Shown: positions 47,165 to 48,655 of the stretch, one piece after another
Position numbering within the stretch: the stretch's first letter is position 1
How the letters are laid out: each line of letters starts with the position of its first letter
Origin: Octopus bimaculoides
Taxonomy: Eukaryota
Direction of reading: 5' to 3'
DNA length: 48,655 nt
Assembly: GCF_001194135.2 (NCBI RefSeq)
Contig: NC_068982.1
Coordinates: 11,125,878-11,174,532, forward strand
The notes under the pieces: model-generated
Told to the model about the DNA's origin: nothing
Databases searched by the model: none
Seen by the model: only the letters and a program-made list of their open reading frames with translations
Position numbers and translations under genes: made by a program

Positions 47165-47780
47165 AGGCGCAAGCGTGGCTGTGTGGTAAGAAGCTTGCTT
47201 CCTAACCACATGGTTCCGGGTTCAGTCCCGCTGGGCAAGTGTCTTTACTATAGCCTTGGGTCAGCCAAAGCCTTACGAGTGGATTTGGAAAACATCATAC
47301 GTATGTATGCTTCTTTGAGTATCATCGTTTAACGTCCGCTTTCCATGCTAGCATGGGTTGGACGATTTGACTGAGGACTGGTGAAATCAGATGGCTACAC
47401 CACGCTCCAATCTGTTTTGACAGAGTTTCTACAGTTGGACGCCCTTCCTAACGCCAACCACTCCGAGAGTGTAGTGGGTGCTTTTACGTGTCACCCGCAC
47501 GAAGGCCAGTCTGGCGGTACTGGCAACGGCCACGCTCAAAATGGTGTATTTTACGTGCCACCTGCACAGGAGCCAGTCCAGCGACACTGGCAACGATCTC
47601 GCTTGAATGTCTTACACGTGCCACCGGCACATGTGTTTGACAACCAATGTTGGTGTGTTTATGTCCCCCTAACTTAGTGGTTACATAAAAGAGACCAATA
47701 AAATAAGTTTTGATATCAATTTGTTCAACGTCAAGGCGGTGCCCCGGCATGGCTATGGTTTAATGACTACAAGTAAAAAT
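47165..47780 (+). mobile_element. Family-C SINE with a nested minus-strand SINE (about 47325-47640) carrying about 67-bp tandem units
   Basis: Head 47170-47290 and 3' half 47640-47780. Insert reads on minus GGTTGGCGTTAGGAAGGGCGTCCAACTGTAGAAAC...CATGCTAGCATGGAAAGCGGACGTTAAACGATGAT (V-domain-like, from memory). Confidence 0.75.
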
Positions 47781-47874
47781 AAACATTTCTGTTATTCTGA
47801 ATATAAAGGATATTTACGAAGAGAAATACATGTTGCTGTTGTTGTTGTTTAGTTCCGGGTTAATCTTGATCAAC

Positions 47875-48270
47875 GTGGAGGCGCAATGGCCCAGTGATTA
47901 GGGCAGAGGACTAGCGGTCATAGAATCGCGGTTTCGATTCCCAGACCGGGCGTTGTGAGTGTTTATTGAGCGAAAACACCTAAAGCTCCACGAGGCTCCG
48001 GCAGGGGATGGTGGCGAACCCTGCTGTACTCTTTCACCACAACTTTCTCTCACTCTTACTTCCTGTTTCTGTTATGCCTGTAACTCAAAGGGTCAGCCTT
48101 GTCACACTCTGTGTCACGCTGAATATCCCCGAGAACTACGTTAAGGGTACACGTGTCTGTGGAGTGCTCAGCCACTTGCAAGTTAATTTCACGAGTAGGC
48201 TGTTTCGTTGATCGGATCAACTGGAACCCTTGACGTCGTAAGCGACGGAGTGCCAACAACAACAACAACA
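47875..48270 (+). mobile_element. Family-A SINE, head type 2, full length with TSD
   Basis: TCTTGATCAA duplicated at 47864-47873 and 48272-48281; (AAC)n tail. Confidence 0.92.
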
Positions 48271-48388
48271 GTCTTGATCAAGTAGGTTTATGAACAAAGC
48301 AACCCTAGCTGTGACCATCTTGTCTCTTATTTTAAACATAGCATAATACATTGTGGTGTGTGCGTACGAGTAGATGTAATCGCCTTAC

Positions 48389-48655
48389 CTCGGTTTTCCT
48401 TTCCTCGACTGCGAGTCCGTCTTGCGGTATCCGATCCTTGAAGCTTGCCCCGACACAAGGTACACCAGGTATAGCAGCTGCTTCTCCCAAACCTTCCCAA
48501 ACCTAGACCGTCGCTTAACACGTCTTGTCCTGACCTTAGCCCCGTTCGAAAAGGGCACGAACGCCGATCGAGGCTCTCTCTGCCCTGTTTCCCCTTCCGG
48601 TCGACTCGCCCTTCCGGTCAGCCTCCCCAGACACTGACGTCATACCACATACATC
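48389..48655 (-). promoter_or_regulatory. Candidate Pol II promoter and non-coding first exon of a minus-strand gene
   Basis: GC/CpG-rich unique sequence; CRE TGACGTCA (48635-48642); two CCGGAAG ETS-type motifs (48611-48617, 48594-48600); minus-strand donor GAG|GTAAGG after 48389; no ATG between the motifs and the donor. Confidence 0.5.

Noticed and set aside
30-48637. Most ORF-track ORFs as protein-coding genes
   Set aside because: They are translations of microsatellites (VCVC, IYIY, LSIY, THTH, DRQT), run through N gaps, or are off-frame or antisense reads of SINEs.

Overview
This is AT-rich, gappy animal genomic DNA dominated by repeats. It is most likely a coleoid cephalopod (Octopus), inferred from my recollection of the SINE families and microsatellite landscape and not verified by search. 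I found no intact protein-coding gene; most ORF-track entries are microsatellite or N-gap artefacts. Recognisable content: (1) many tRNA-derived SINEs of about four families, including dimers, nested copies and copies with target-site duplications (TSDs); (2) decayed non-LTR retrotransposons (a 2.8 kb R4/Dong-type element in a (TAA)n tract, and RTE, CR1-like, L1/Tx1-like and Penelope-like fragments); (3) Tc1/mariner-superfamily remnants and foldback MITEs; (4) a short 28S rRNA fragment; (5) a few candidate host exons and a candidate promoter/first exon at the right edge. The main signal is a set of minimal type-I hammerhead ribozyme (HHR) motifs from at least five unrelated sequence families (81-131, 885-919, 5721-5758 with 44271-44308, 23523-23637, 40895-40940 with 41190-41235). 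The best case is a 459-bp insertion bounded by a perfect 15-bp duplication. It holds a Pol III tRNA-like head and two inverted HHR-bearing arms, making it a candidate tRNA-headed hammerhead retroelement probably mobilised by Penelope-like machinery. All folds and alignments were done by eye; activity is untested.
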